Counted from the first letter of the stretch, positions 13,301-28,037 are shown. The stretch is 64,000 nucleotides of DNA from Octopus vulgaris (GCA_951406725.2 OX597821.1:71796001-71860000); one strand, 5' to 3'. Numbers and translations are program-made. Notes: generated by a model from the sequence alone, not told the origin.

Positions 13301-14077
13301 TGTAATACATCTTAAAATTTATAATGTATATATTTGTAATACAAACAGTGGAATGTGACTTGAGATATAAATGTTGTTTTACAACTACAAACCTGAACAT
13401 TTCCTAACTGGCCAGAACATCAGAAATATGTTACATACTGATGCAGCACAATATGAAAGGAAGAAGAGAAAAATACGAGATATACTGTTCATATTAATCC
13501 GAGAGGCATTACCCACATATTAAGTAGGACAGACAGGCCTGTCATATTCTTGACATGATCACTTTTATGCTTCTTTTCCAGTATTTATGGTAAAATAAGC
13601 ATTAATTTTTACATGCTAATGTTTTGTTTTGTTTTTCTTTTTTTGCATTAGCACTATAATTTAACTGAAATGACTCCAACCATAAACAACGGTTGAAACA
13701 GCTGTATGGCGCGAGAGTGTTTCATTGAGTCAGAGTTGAATGTAATGCGGAATTATATCACAATGTCACCTCGACCGTTTCGACGAAACCAAAATTCCAT
13801 CAACACTTATATAATTAACAATTTGTATACAAGTTTTTTTCTTAAGTTTTATTTTCGTAAACACCATGTTTAATAATGAATTCTTGAGTACTTGAACGTG
13901 CCAAATTCTCAGTGATTGATTACACTGAAGAGAATTCGAGACTTGATTCTGGGTGTTTAATAATTGGTATCGGAGGAGGAAATTTCTAGTAAAACCTCGA
14001 GAGATTTTGCTTTGAGTTGATAAATTTTCAGTGACAAATACAAAAATACAATTTGTAACATTATATTATTATCACGC

Positions 14078-14199
<122 letters not shown>

Positions 14200-14393
14200 T
14201 TTTTTACTTGTTTCAGTCATTGGACGGCGACCATGCCGAGGCACCGCCTTGAAGGGTTTAGTTCAACAAATCGATCCCAGTACTTTTATTTTTCTAAGCC
14301 TGATATTTTTTCCATCGGTTTCTTTTGATGAATCGTTAATTTACGGGAACATAAACAAGCCAACACCGGTTGTCAAGGGCTGATGGGAGACAA

Positions 14394-14429
<36 letters not shown>

Positions 14430-14432
14430 CCG

Positions 14433-14495
<63 letters not shown>

Positions 14496-14630
14496 CGAGC
14501 TTCTTTTATTTTGTCTACTAAATCCACTCACATGGGTTCTGTCGACCGGAGGCTATCGTAGAAGATTTTTTTACCCAAGATGCCAAGCAGTGGGGCTGAA
14601 CCGAAAACCATATGGCTGGGAAGCAAAAGT
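14200..14630 (-). mobile_element. SINE family B, near full length
   Basis: Colinear with the reverse complement of 49477-49876, including the internal CA/TA microsatellite. Confidence 0.85.
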
Positions 14631-15309
14631 ATGTCTGTAGGTTTGCGTGCATATGTGTATTATAATGAAGATAATGCGTTTTATGTGGTCATTTTATTTT
14701 CGCAAATGTAACGCTATCTTTTTAATCTTTTTAATTAGCATTATATCTTTTTAATTAGCATTCCCGGTTAACTAAAAAGAAGTTGCAAGTCATTTAGAAA
14801 GCGCATACACACACGAACTTACACTCACATATGTGCATACACACACTCACACATATACACACACACTCACACACACATATACACACACTCACTCGCACAC
14901 GCACATACTCACACACATACACTCACACACACAAACTCACAAACACACACAACAGTTTTTCTTATAGTTTGACTTTTAACTTGCTACAAAGCAAAGCTGT
15001 AATTCTATTTACTCGGCAAACTGAGTTGTTCGCAGAACTTCTCAATGTGTTTTCAAACTGGTGACAGATATTACATGCATGTTACCACCATATGTTAAGA
15101 ATTACATTAAACTCTGATACTATATTCTTCAAATAGCTACAACCATATAATTACTGTCCGAAGATACATAGTACAGTTTATGTAATTATTTATTCCATTT
15201 CATACAAAACAAAAAAAAAACAGAAAGTGGCGCATTTAAATATCTCGTTTTGTAACGTATTTACAAGTTGAATGTTCTTTGTGGAACGAGGTCGTCTCGT
15301 CTAATTATA

Positions 15310-15517
15310 TTGGGTTGGTGCATAATTATTGCGGCTTTTTTGCAACAAATTTTATTCAACAAAAACAATAACAATATTTAATAAAAACAGTAATTGAAGT
15401 AGATGGTGAATATGCTCCGGAATAATCATTTAAAGATGTTTTTGTTATATTTTTTTATTGTTTTTGTTGAACAAAATTTGTTGAAAAAAAAGCCGCAGTA
15501 ATTATGCACCAACCCAG
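15310..15517. mobile_element. mariner-type MITE with ~60-bp TIRs
   Basis: TTGGGTTGGTGCATAATTATTGCGGC... and ...GCCGCAGTAATTATGCACCAACCCAG; TA on both sides; resembles Hsmar1/MADE TIRs. Confidence 0.9.
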
Positions 15518-15528
15518 TAACACCAATA

Positions 15529-15744
15529 CGAAGGGTGCTGAAAAGTTTTTGACCTTAAGGGTATCGCGAAAGGCTTGGTTCGAGGCCCAACTGGTCGAGT
15601 ACTTTCACAAGGTTTAGAAAAACTGAAGAACCGCTGCAATAAGCGTGTAAATCTGAGAGGGGAATATGTTGAATAAAATCGTAATTAACTGATCCTCATG
15701 TAGTTTCTTTTACCCAAAGCAAGGAACTTTTCAGCAGCCCCTCG
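15529..15744 (+). mobile_element. mariner internal-deletion derivative
   Basis: TIRs CGAAGGGTGCTGAAAAGTT and AACTTTTCAGCAGCCCCTCG, TA flanks; retains transposase C-terminus GLEKLKNRCNKRVNLRGEYVE*. Confidence 0.85.
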
Positions 15745-17350
15745 TATATTCTGTGACAGTAAACAAACGTTTAATAGACAGAAATGTTAACACATTGACA
15801 TGTTTAACTGTACATTCATTTCGGTTTCGATTCCAAATATCATGTTGATTAACTTTGAACTTCATAATTTCAAAAATGAGAATTTGATTTAATAGAATTA
15901 TATTCTATTCTCCACTATTTTAAAATGCTTTCTTTGAATAATCAAAGAATTAATTAACACCGAAAAAAGACTGGTACATCCTATGTCCACCGAGTTTGGT
16001 TGAAATATGTATATGAAAGAGATCTCCGTATAACTTAAAATTAGAACGTGGAAGTCGCAAGAAATGTATAATTCATTGAATGCCAGAAGGTGAGATGAAA
16101 TCTATCGTTTCGGGCACGGCCCTTGGCACTAGTGTTTTCGTCATTTTGAACCAAGCTTATATTTATCTTGGACATAGTGGTAGCGAATGGTAATATGGCC
16201 GAAATAAATGTATTATCACATTTAAGTTATTCTTTTTTTTAACCGACTTTCGATTTCATATTTTTGATTTTCCATAAACAGTTAAGGGCTTTGATGTACC
16301 CAGAAATGATAGAAGGCAAAGTCGACCTTGGCTGGATTTAAATAAAGAGTGCAAAGAGTCAGACCAAACAGTGCGCATTATTCTTATTGAGTGTTGTAAT
16401 GGCAGTCAACTCACTGCCTTAACGGGAACAGAAGAAAACAACTCCAATGACACACAATAAATTATGATGCTAAAACATTAGCAACATGTTTCCATATCGA
16501 AAATCCCGTAGAAAACCTCAGTCCAACATAACATTAATAGGTCACACAATATTCCACAGTGAACGGAGCTGGAGGCTGTAAAGCCAACAGGAAAAACATT
16601 GCGAATAATCAACAAATACACTTTTGTTCCTATAAAATGGCCATAAAATGTGTCTCTGTTTTATTTTTATGGAAAGCACAATACGTCGCTATAGTTAACA
16701 CCGATACCATTGGTATAACTAGTTTTTGAGATAAAATCCTGTGCCTGTGGTTTTTGAATTGTTGTCTGGTGGAATCTACTGAGGATACTTGGACTGCCAA
16801 AAGTTTCGACACTTAAAATTTAAACCAAAATGTAATACTCCAAAATTTGGTCTAAATATGAATTGTAATACATTATGAAGTAAAGAAATGTGTTTCCTTC
16901 AGACGAAAACGTCTCCATTTTCCCGATAACAATCTTACACGACTGAAAAATTCTTCAGCTGGGATATTTTCACAAGTAAATCACTCAAGCATCATTGCGT
17001 GAGACCCACGTGATCTGAGTTAATAAATATAAGAATATGGCTCTGTCTTAGGCTTTATGAGTGTTCTTGTTTTTATCATTATAAATCAGTACATGTCACC
17101 TGAAAGGCTGAATACACCGAGTAACGAAATATCGAATATTGTCATACTCTACATTTTGTATTGAGTACAAAATGTTCGGTACAAAGGACACTCACACACA
17201 CTTACACACACACACAAACACATATATATGTATATACATACATATAGATATGCATACATATATACATACATACATACATACACATACATACATACATACA
17301 TACATACATACATACATACATACATACATACATACATACATACATACATA

Positions 17351-18120
17351 ACTCACATCATAAGCAGTTGTCCAGAAATGTCATCACGGTATTATCTACC
17401 GATGAGACATCATGTTGTAGTTAGAACACTGTATAACGAGATCCATCGGAAGGATAACCCCGAGGACAAAGAAATAAGAATCCACAATATGGTAGAAGCC
17501 ATAGCCACTCATAATAAAAAGGAATACTGGTGGAATGTCCCAGTGAAGGCCCCAATAAAAGGTAAGCACAACAGACCTGATATGATGATAGAGAAGAGAA
17601 ACTGCACAGTTGTGGAAATTCGCGGCCCAGCTGATGTTAACATAAAACTGAAGATTTGTGAAAAAGAGAACACCTATGCTGAACTATTGAGAAATTTGCA
17701 GTTACTCTATCCAGATTACAAGTTCAGGTTAATATCTGTAATTACTGGGGCCCCGAGATATGTAACACACTGCCTAAATACCAATCTTGACAAATTAGGC
17801 TTCTCAAAACCAGAAAGGAGAAAGATAATTCGAAGAATACAGATCCAATCCAACACTGGAACTGTAAAAATCTGTAAAACTTTGCAAAAGTTTATCATTT
17901 AAATATATATGAGCATGTCTAGATATGCAAATATATGCGTAAGAATACAAATATAAAATATACAAATCTGCACATACATACATACATACAGACAGACAGA
18001 CAGACAGACAACAATATCCTGTTGCTGATGTTGAAATTCCAATGAAGGAACCTTGAAGCTGGGTTAGAAACCGGTTCTTTCTCTATTGGCAAGGAATCTT
18101 TAAATAAATAGAATAATGAC
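17351..18120 (+). mobile_element. R4-clade RLE LINE 3' end within (CATA)n
   Basis: ORF 17228..17902 after the repeat: zinc-knuckle end HIISSC, RH motif, RPD...VVE of the PD-(D/E)xK RLE; 3' UTR ends in (CATA)n. Confidence 0.9.
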
Positions 18121-18186
18121 ATACATACATACAAACATACATACATACATACATACATACATACATACATACATACATACATACAT

Positions 18187-18593
18187 GGTTCAAACAAGCG
18201 GTCATAGAGGTCAGCTGTCCTGCTGATGAGAATATCTCTTTGAAAATCATAGAGCAAGAAGATAACTGTGACAACTTCTTCAAAGTCTCCAGCTTCCACA
18301 TCCGGATTACAAATTTACATTAATGATAACTGGAGAATTTACTTTTGTAAGCAAATGCCTGACCAGCAACCGGGATAAGCTTGGATTTTCAAAAAAAAAA
18401 GTAATCAACCAACTGATTCGCACATTGCAAATACAATCTGTAAGCGGCACTGTAAAACTCTGCAAGACTTTTCTCATGTTTAAAATGTGACGTTGTTTTC
18501 GTTATCCACATTCCAACGATGGAGCTTTGTACCTTTCTTAAAAACCATCTCAGAAGAAGAATGTAAATGATTAAATACTGAAGAGACATACAT
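18187..18593 (+). mobile_element. second, older R4-clade RLE LINE 3' end
   Basis: VIEVSCPADENISLKI...DKLGFSK...LQIQSVSGTVKLCKTFLMFKM*, homologous to the upstream copy; ends at ACATACAT. Confidence 0.85.
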
Positions 18594-19168
18594 CACATAT
18601 GCATACATATATATTGACATTCTCTCACATCTGTGGTGGTGGTGGTGGTGGGGCATTACATATCCAAACAAAATTTGCTTAGAAAGGTTGATAATCGGCA
18701 ACAATTTCTTTCTTCGCTTCTCTTTTCAGTGTTCCCTTCTTTCTTGTTGTTTCTTTTCTGTGTTGTTCCTCTTTTCCCTACTTCTCTTCAATTAACTATT
18801 ACCCTCTTTATTTTCCCCCAAAATGTCTGCTGCTGTACAAATTTTTCCCTTGTGACCGTGCGTCAGTCGAATCTCAAGGAAATATTAACTGCCCATTCGG
18901 GTTATTGCGAGTTCATAAAATACATCCCTGGACGTCTAAAACATTAACGTCTATCCAGCCAACACCTGGCATAATTTAAAATTGTCCCAATACAATTCAA
19001 AAGAAGCGAGAAAGATCCTAAAAATAATATATACCAGATAGACGACTCTATAGTCTACTTAGAATAGATGACGGATTCATAAATTTGGTTGTTACTAATT
19101 GACAAAAATATATCAATGAAAGGAAGAAATTCACTCACACAACACACATGCATATACATACATACATA

Positions 19169-19211
<43 letters not shown>

Positions 19212-19699
19212 GTTCCCAGTGTATGGAAAACAATTCAGACGTTGGTGTTTATTTATATTTTCCTTACCATCCGCAGCAGTACTGAGACCTATCCAAAGCA
19301 GCTGCTATCTTTATCAGTTACTTAGGTAAATATCAACATTCATTCGAGAGCAAACTAAATATTTTCTTTACTTGACATATCAATTGATCCAGTATCACCC
19401 CCCACTAACCTCTTTTTTTTCCCCTTCTGTCTTAGCTAAAGACTTCTTCTGATACTAACCACTTTCTAGCATGTTATTTCGTCGTGAAATCGCCAATGGA
19501 CTAAACTATTAATGAAAATAACACATTTTTCTCGCCATTAAATTGCTAAATTATATTCTATTAAGCAAGATTGTTACAGGAATATTTAAATTGGAATTTT
19601 GATTATAATGTAAGAATTTCTTTCTTAAATAACTTCAAATTCAAACGAATCTACGTATGCGAAGGGAGAGACAGGATTACTGGGTATTATTAAAGCAAC

Positions 19700-20030
19700 G
19701 AGAAGGATTTCTTCCGACTTTACGTTCGGAGTTCAAATTCCACCGAGGCCTCCTTGTCCAGACTTGCCCCCTCCCTTTTACCTGTAAGTCGAAAGAATTT
19801 TTAAGACGGCGAGCTAGCAGAATCAGTAGCATGCCGGAGAAAATGCTTAGCGACATTTTTTCCGACATTTAAATTCCGAGTTCAAATGTTGCCGAGGGCG
19901 ACTTTTTCTTTCATACTTTCGGGGGTCAATAAGATAACTGGGATCAGTTGAGCATTGGAATCGGTGTAATTGACTTCCCTTTCTCATCAAAAGTTGCTGG
20001 CCGTCTGTCAATATTAGAAAGAGCTATTAT
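19700..20030 (+). mobile_element. two tandem decayed SINE family A copies
   Basis: GAGTTCAAAT..CCGAGG occurs twice; second head at ~19806. Confidence 0.75.
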
Positions 20031-20843
20031 TCAAATGCTCGTGATTTGTTTATTGAAATTTTATAAAAGAATTCGGAGATTCTTAAACCAAATTGAGCGC
20101 GCTGATTAATTTAAAATAATCTAAATAGAGTTGCTTTATTTCGTTATTGTATTTGGCTTGTAAGATTCTTGATGTGAGTTGAAAGAAATTTCTTTGCATC
20201 TCGGGAAGGTCATTATACAATAATAAACATACACACACTGGTTCTATTTAATTTCTTTTAGCATTATTCGTCAATTCGTTAAACATTTAACTAATTAACT
20301 CATCGATTGTTTGATTAATCATTCAGTTAATCAATCAATCAGCTATATTAGTCCTTTTGTTGCCATTATCGGCCGCATCAATAATGTATCCGCTCGGCAT
20401 TAAATTTTAATTTTAAAATAGTTGGTTACCAACAGTCAAACTCCAATTAAAAATAATGAGACATTGAACACTAAAAGTTAAGTGTTGACGAATATTTCCT
20501 GAATATGATTTGCAAAACAGGAAACCAAGTTGTTTGAAAGTAAAAGATGGTATCAGAGATCAGGTCAGGCGGTGGAATAAATCAGAAAGCTGTTGAGAAT
20601 TACTACTGTATTTAAAATACTGCGCATTTGATTTTTTTAGTTCTGAAATGGGTGGACGGAGTTTACTCAGATGCGAATGAATTGTAACGATTTTCGATCT
20701 AAACAAACTAAAACAGGTGAAATGATGTTCCCAGCCTTAAAACCAGAAAGCAAATTCAAAATTGCACTTGTACAAATATAGATACAAATACTTTATTGAT
20801 TGCTGTTTATACTGTCTTCTAACTAACGTAATTTATGATAAAC

Positions 20844-21223
20844 CTAGCAGTATCGCCCGGCGTTGCTCGGGTTTGTTTCGACCCTTTAGAATTGGAATTT
20901 TTGAAAAGTAAAACATTTTCATTATGTAGCTTGTTATTCTCTTTAAGTGAATATTTTTCTGGTTGAAATACACCGAAAAATGACGACACAGTAGTCAAAA
21001 AATCGTAAAAAATAGGGATTTTCATAGAAAAAAAAAGCATGTTTTTGATGTAAATAATTTTTGGAATCAACATGGTCCGATTTGAATTTTTCTTCTACGG
21101 AAGGAAGAGCAAGCCTTCTTCTATCATACTTTCAATTTTGGTCAACTTGCGCCGCAGGATTTCGGAGGAGATAGTGTTAGTTGAAGGCTACCAAACCTGC
21201 CATACACAGACTTCATAGAGAGA
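20844..21223 (-). mobile_element. non-autonomous Helitron-like element
   Basis: Reverse strand ends with hairpin CCCGAGC-AAC-GCCGGG, 8 nt, then CTAG; a plausible 5' A|TC at 21224/21223. Confidence 0.7.
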
Positions 21224-22378
21224 TATGTAAAACTAAATACTCCCCTATGTAAATTCTTTGAAACGGAATTTTCAGTCATTGCTGTTGGTGTGATTGTTGT
21301 TGTTGCTGTTTAATCTTCGATCTGGTTATGGTCATATGTCAGAAGACATAGGACTGCAGCCAATTCTTCCCTTCCCGAATTGGTTATCGGACAGAATTCT
21401 ACAATGCATCTATATTTTCAATACAGTGTGATTTGGTGATTTTCATTGGTGTTTCTAGTGGTTCCATCGACCAAATACCACCGAGAAATATAAATGGTAG
21501 CGAAAGTTACCTTCAGATTACTCTGCAGGGAAAATATAAATGGGGACAGCTATAAGTGAGGAGTGAGATAGATGTGTGCATATGTATGTATCAATGTATG
21601 TATGTATATATGTATATGTGTGTGTGAGCATTTACTTATGCACACATGCATATATACATATATATCTATATATGTGTATGTATATGAATATATGCATACA
21701 TACTTACAATCGCACACACACACACACACACATGTATCTCTATACCCGTAGAGAATTATGCATATCGGGTGAGGGTGGGGGTGATAGTGTACGCCACAAT
21801 CTTATCTAAATGTGGTTTTAGTTTACGTTATAAATAACTCCCGAATGTTCTGTGATTGTCAAACATCTATTTACAAGAATGGAATCTGGCAGTCAGAAAT
21901 CCAAACCTCGACACGAATATAATCCTTTGAAAATATTTCAGGTGTGTGTGTTTGTGACTGTCTCTCTGTCTGTGTGATGTGTGTGTGTGTGGTTGTGTGT
22001 GTGTGTGTTTGAGTTGTGTTCCCATTTAAGTTATTAAAAATACTGCCGAACGAAAGTTGCATATTTGCATACACACAACAATCATACACACACAACTCAT
22101 GCACACACACACATACATACATACATATATACACACACTCACACACACACACACACACAAACACACACATACACACATATATATATATATATATACGGCA
22201 TGAAGAAAACGGAGGAGACCCAGAGGTAGTATGCATCAACTGTTAGATATATGTCACTTATTATTTCTCTTCTTATACACTCTTTAATAGGAATATTGTA
22301 CTATACCTGTTAATAACGGATTCTTATGTATGTGTGTACATGCCTATATGTATATATATATATATATATGTGTGTGTG

Positions 22379-22422
<44 letters not shown>

Positions 22423-22723
22423 GGTGTGTGTGTGTGTGCGTGCGCCCGCGCTGTGTGTGTGTGTATACATAAATTAGCCCTCTGAACTCTTTAGACCGTC
22501 TTCTAAACTCTCTGATGAAGCCTAGGGGCACACCCAAAGTACCCTAATTTTATCTACCAATCACTACAGTACACTGAAAAGATGGAAATAATATGTGGGT
22601 TAATGTAACCTCTTGGCAGAAACAGCTGTAAAAAACTGTTCTTCTTTTTCCCTTGTATAGAAATTACTGGTATTTACGTATGTAAAAGATAATCATTACA
22701 TATATATATATTATTCTCAAAAT

Positions 22724-22942
22724 TACTCTTTTACTTGCTTCAGTCATTTGACTGTGGCCATGCTGAGTACCGCCTTTAGTCAAGCAAATTGACCCCCAGG
22801 ACTTATTCTTTGTAAGCCTAGTACTTATTCTATCGGTCTCTTTTGCGGAACCGCTAAGTTACGGGAACGTAAACACACCAGCATCGGTTATCAAGCGATG
22901 TTGTGGGGACAAACACAGACACACAAACATACACAAACACAT

Positions 22943-22981
<39 letters not shown>

Positions 22982-23153
22982 CATTTATACGACGGGCTTC
23001 TTTCAGTTTCCGTCTACCATATTCACTCACAAGGCTTTGGTCGGCCCGAGGCTATAGTAGAAAGCACTTGCCCAAGGTGTCATGCAGTGGGACTGAACCC
23101 GGAACCATGTGGTTCGTAAGCGAGCTGCTTACCACACAGCCACTCCTACGCCT
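22724..23153 (-). mobile_element. SINE family B, full length
   Basis: Reverse complement of the tRNA-like head GGAGTGGCTGTGTGGTAAG..GGTTCAGTCCC, internal microsatellite and 3' tail. Confidence 0.9.
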
Positions 23154-23420
23154 AAAATTGTTTAAAATAAATATATAGACATAATATTATGTCTAACAGT
23201 TGGTGCATACTACCTCTGGATCCCCTCCATTTTCTTCTTGCCGTATAAATTAAAGGTAAAACAACTTTTTACCCTCACCCATTTATTACATTCAGTAGTG
23301 TAAATGCCATGCATTGAAAAAACACTTGTGTATTAATAATTGGGTCTTCTACCAGCGGTATATTGGATAGATATTATCCCTTTGTTGGTTGGATTCACAA
23401 CCTCTATCTCTCTTTGAATA

Positions 23421-23452
<32 letters not shown>

Positions 23453-24303
23453 AGTGTGAACGGAATCGACGTGCGTTTTTCCTTACTTCTAATCATTTAC
23501 CTCCTTTCTCTTCTTTGTCTGCCTAAGTTTACCTGGACTTTTCTTTCGGATGTTCCAACAAACGCCAGGTACCAAACGTAATAACCTTTTACCCTTTCCA
23601 ATCGTCCTTTAGCATCAAACCAATGATATTTAGCGTCAATGTCTTATATACACCCGGCTTTCGATTTTGCATTTGGTTTTTGATATACAGACATACATAC
23701 ACGCATATATACATACAGACATACATACATACATGCATACATAGGATACACACACATATATATATATCTATGTATCCATGCATGCATGCATGCATACATG
23801 TATGTATGTATGTATGTATGTATGTATGTATGTATGTATGTATGCATACGCATGCGTACATTCTTACATAAATACACACGTACACATAAACATAAGCACA
23901 TATATCTCATACGAAATTTAGTACACTCAAATAGGAACAAGCAAGAAAACCTATCTAAATTGATATATGGATTAGGCTTATCTCGTATGTCTTGCCTGGT
24001 TTTCAGCAGGGTGTCAGCCTGTCTCGTCGAGAAATAGGTTAAAATTCGCTCATAAATATAAGGGGTTTTGTTCAGCAAAAATACTGCAGTGTGATAGGAA
24101 GGTACGCGGTGCCAGTTCAGTCTGTCATTTTCAGAAAATGTCGAGCTTATTTCGTGTGACGTGACGCGAAACATTTGGAAATCGTTTCTCATGAGAACAC
24201 TGCCACTGTTGTGTTATACGTTCGAATCCCTTGAAGTAAGGGGCTGATATAAACCAGGGATCGAATTTGAGTTCAAATCTAGATGAAGATTATATAGACA
24301 GTC

Positions 24304-24368
<65 letters not shown>

Positions 24369-24704
24369 TATTCATATATATATATATGTGTGTGTGTGTG
24401 TGTATTATGTATGCATATATATATGTCCGTATATGTTTCTATGCGTGGATGGGAGAGAGAGAAGGAGAGACGTGTGTGTGCATGTGTGTCTGCGTCTGTG
24501 TGTATGTGTGTGTATATGTATGTGTGTGTCTAAATAGCTGGTATATTGCTATTTAATACGATACATTCCATCTATTACGATAACCGGTTACTCAAAGTTA
24601 TATGTAAATACGTAGAAATTTATTTATATGAATCTAGAGATGTATATAAATAAATTCATTTTACGAAACGAAAAACATCAAAATAGTACACATACATACA
24701 TACA

Positions 24705-24738
<34 letters not shown>

Positions 24739-24756
24739 CATACATATATACATACA

Positions 24757-24815
<59 letters not shown>

Positions 24816-24915
24816 CATTATAACATTCTTCTGACATAATGACTCAAATATATATTTTTTAACCTTTTAAAACAAGCCTTCTGTAGTTTTTTCACTTTTT
24901 ACTATTTTCTATATA

Positions 24916-24966
<51 letters not shown>

Positions 24967-26337
24967 GTCCACATCGCAAAGTAAACCACACAATGATAGT
25001 TATTGTCTGAGTAAGGAGCAATGACCCATATTTTAAGTAAGATATGAAGGAGTTGTTACAACGTTAAACTATTTCCCACAATAACAACATATTTCTTGCT
25101 GCTGGTGTAAAATCTTCGAGTCAAAGAACTATATTTGCTTTAGAATTCATTTTACCACGATGACTACGAAGAACAACTAAAAGGGAGCAAACTCCTCTTC
25201 TAGTATCCCAGCACCATTTTATGGGTAGTGATTTCTATTTCTAGGTTCATAGAGTGTACATCTTAGATATCTTCTACTAGTATTCACCTTCCCCCTCTCT
25301 CTCTCTCTTTGTTCTTCTTCTCTCACGACGGCCAACCAGTTTCCTACACCTCCAGCTCCTAACCAATTTGACAAGGGAATAGCAAAGGACTATTAGGATC
25401 ATGTCAGGTGGTGGTGGTTTCACCTTCATCTGCTCCTGAGACCGGAAACCAGCTGCTTTCCTCTAAATTTCCGAAGCATTGACCAGTGCTAACGTTTCAC
25501 AATCTTTGCAATTTCGCTGTCATATTAAACACTTATAATGACATTTAGCACGCACATTCTTGGGTATACAGCAAAGGGTCGCGAGAATAACATATTCCCA
25601 AGACTAACCACAGAATGCCTGGGCAACGCGCTGCTACAACTTAATTCGAAACACCGTTTACATGATCAACCTTGAAGCCATCCATTAGTTCTGATTTATT
25701 AGTGTTTGGTAGAACGCTGAAAAATCGTGTCTTTCATTCATGTTTATATATTTGTGGCATTTCGATGAAATCATGTTCGATTTTCGTTTCGTACGGATCC
25801 GTAATCTTCCCATATTTCACCTGCTTAATGTACAGCGAAGTAAATAATTTAATTAACTACCAGTGTACTCACCAGTATTATGCAAACTGGTATTTCCGAT
25901 TCGATGAGAAGACCATGTTTGGAGAGGCTTATAAAGGCATTAGCTGCAAGTCAGCTATTTTTTTTAATTTTACGGATAGAATGAGGTGTGCCTGGCCTCT
26001 ATGAATAACTCCGATAAACAGTGAAACAAGAGAGATGTCGATAACTCTTTCCTTGTCCACGAAAAAGTACCTAAAAATGCATTGTTGCGTTTATAAGAGT
26101 ATAAATAAATGGCTTCGGTTAAATCATCTGCTATTTTCTCTGTATTTCTGTATATATACATATAAACCAGCTTAGAGAAGAAGAAGAAACGAAACCAAAC
26201 GAATCGAATCGAATCGACACGAAGGCGCTCAGTCATACAATAGTGTAATAAATAAAATATATGCATACATACAAACATATATGTACGTACCTACATCTAC
26301 ATGTATATATACATGCATATATAAATATATATACGTG

Positions 26338-26492
26338 TGTACAGGACACCACAAATAGACGTAGAACTCAACGAGAAACGAAAACGGACCATTTTTTTTA
26401 ACAACGAAAAAACAGAGTGCAAGACAACTACACAAGGAAAAATCCCCTTCATCAGCTGTCCCTAGTTCAACTCCAGCGTGTTTCGAGCGGGG

Positions 26493-26495
<3 letters not shown>
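26338..26495. mobile_element. short dispersed-repeat-like insert between microsatellites (possibly Penelope-derived)
   Basis: Unique A-rich block between TA/TG and (GATA)n tracts; carries CTGATGA and GAAAC on the minus strand but no valid hammerhead fold. Confidence 0.3.
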
Positions 26496-26583
<88 letters not shown>

Positions 26584-27345
26584 CAGATATATAGATAATG
26601 TACACAGAAAGGAATGTGTGTGTGTGTGTGTCTGTGTGTGCTTGAGGGCTTTTTTTACGGAGCTTGAAAGAGATGCTTTTATATGGCAGCTTAAGTATGC
26701 ACCACACGATATATACGAAGCCGGAGAGTAGTGCTACATGTAATTCGGGTTTTAAAACGATGACAGACTCGGCGACATATAAACTACGTCACTTCTTGAA
26801 CTCCTTTGAAACAACTTTCTCCTCAAATGTTTCTTTAATTCTTGGAATGAAGCTTCTAAAGGTTACAACCCTGGGTCGAAAGTACCACTTTCTTATCTTA
26901 TCGTCGCTTAGCAGTATACATTCACGTGATAAGGACGTAGTTTATTGAGTTTTCTTTTAGTTTCTTCATTTATATTTTCATAGCTAGGTGACAGGTTGAT
27001 AACCAGATGGAACAAATTGTAAAGGTTCTTCGTTTCTTTCGCTTTTCTCTTTATCTTCTCTTTATTTATTTATTCGTTATATTTTCTCTTTTTTGTAATA
27101 GCGGAGGAAGTCTTGAAAATGTCTTGTAATACATAAAAGACAACAAAAAGTCTATTTAGAAAATGAAGTTAGTCAATGTGTCAATGTCGCCATTGAGAAT
27201 AAATACCAACGCCAACAATAAGCTGTTTATTCGGTCAAAATCACCGAGCGACATCAGTAGAATGTATTTTTTTAAGGGTCTTTACGGTTGCAGTACTTAG
27301 TTTGTCTTTCATTTGTTTCTTGTTTTATTTGCTTTCCAGAGCATC

Positions 27346-27414
<69 letters not shown>

Positions 27415-28037
27415 ATATATGTGTGTGTACATATATGTGTGTATATGTATATTTCTCATTTTGTAATGTTCCCGTCTATAGATATGGCCGAGAAACGACA
27501 ACAGAGATAGTCTAAAGAATAATTCTCTTTACTGTCGTCGCAAACGGTTTCTAAAGAATTTCTGTTTAAAAGAGAAACAACAAAAAAAAAAAACTACAAA
27601 TATCTGTTTGATATTCATTCTGAAAGTTTTATAATTGTAGCCCGAAGATATTACCCAGAATTTGTTTCCTATAAAATAAAGAAATAAATATTTTTTCTTC
27701 TGTTTTTATTTTTCTATATTTTATCTAGTTTTTATTTTTCTTTACCCTTTTTTCTCTTTGGTCAAGGGTCAAGGTCTCAGGAATGTCTTCGAGTTCTACT
27801 TGGAAAAGAAGGTTATAGCAGAGAGGGAAGTATTGCCCTCTACTGAGATATTGGGTTGTCAGATAAATTCGCTCGTTTTTGCTGTGCGTGTCTTTTTTTT
27901 TTTACCTTCTTTATCTAAATCTTTCCAATGCTATTTGAATTCCCACGAGAACTATTTTTTATCGTAGTGTTTCATGGGTTTTATGGGTTTTATGGTCATC
28001 GTTTTTGAAACTTGTATGAATTTTTACCTCTTTTCAG

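Noticed and set aside
13582-13589. Possible 8-nt micro-exon (TTTTCCAG|TATTTATG|GTAAAA)
   Set aside because: Frame-shifting length and weak donor; expected by chance in AT-rich DNA.
16100-16134. Minus-strand GGGC-CGT-GCCC-GAAACG resembling a minimal hammerhead
   Set aside because: No CUGANGA core and no UH triplet.
18223-18245. CTGATGA motif
   Set aside because: Lies in the RLE coding frame (CPADEN); no valid stems.
22512-22535. CTGATGA-AGCC-TAG-GGGC
   Set aside because: GAAA and stem III are absent.
26445-26495. Minus-strand GAAAC...CTGATGA as a type II hammerhead
   Set aside because: Stem I cannot form and stem II is out of register.
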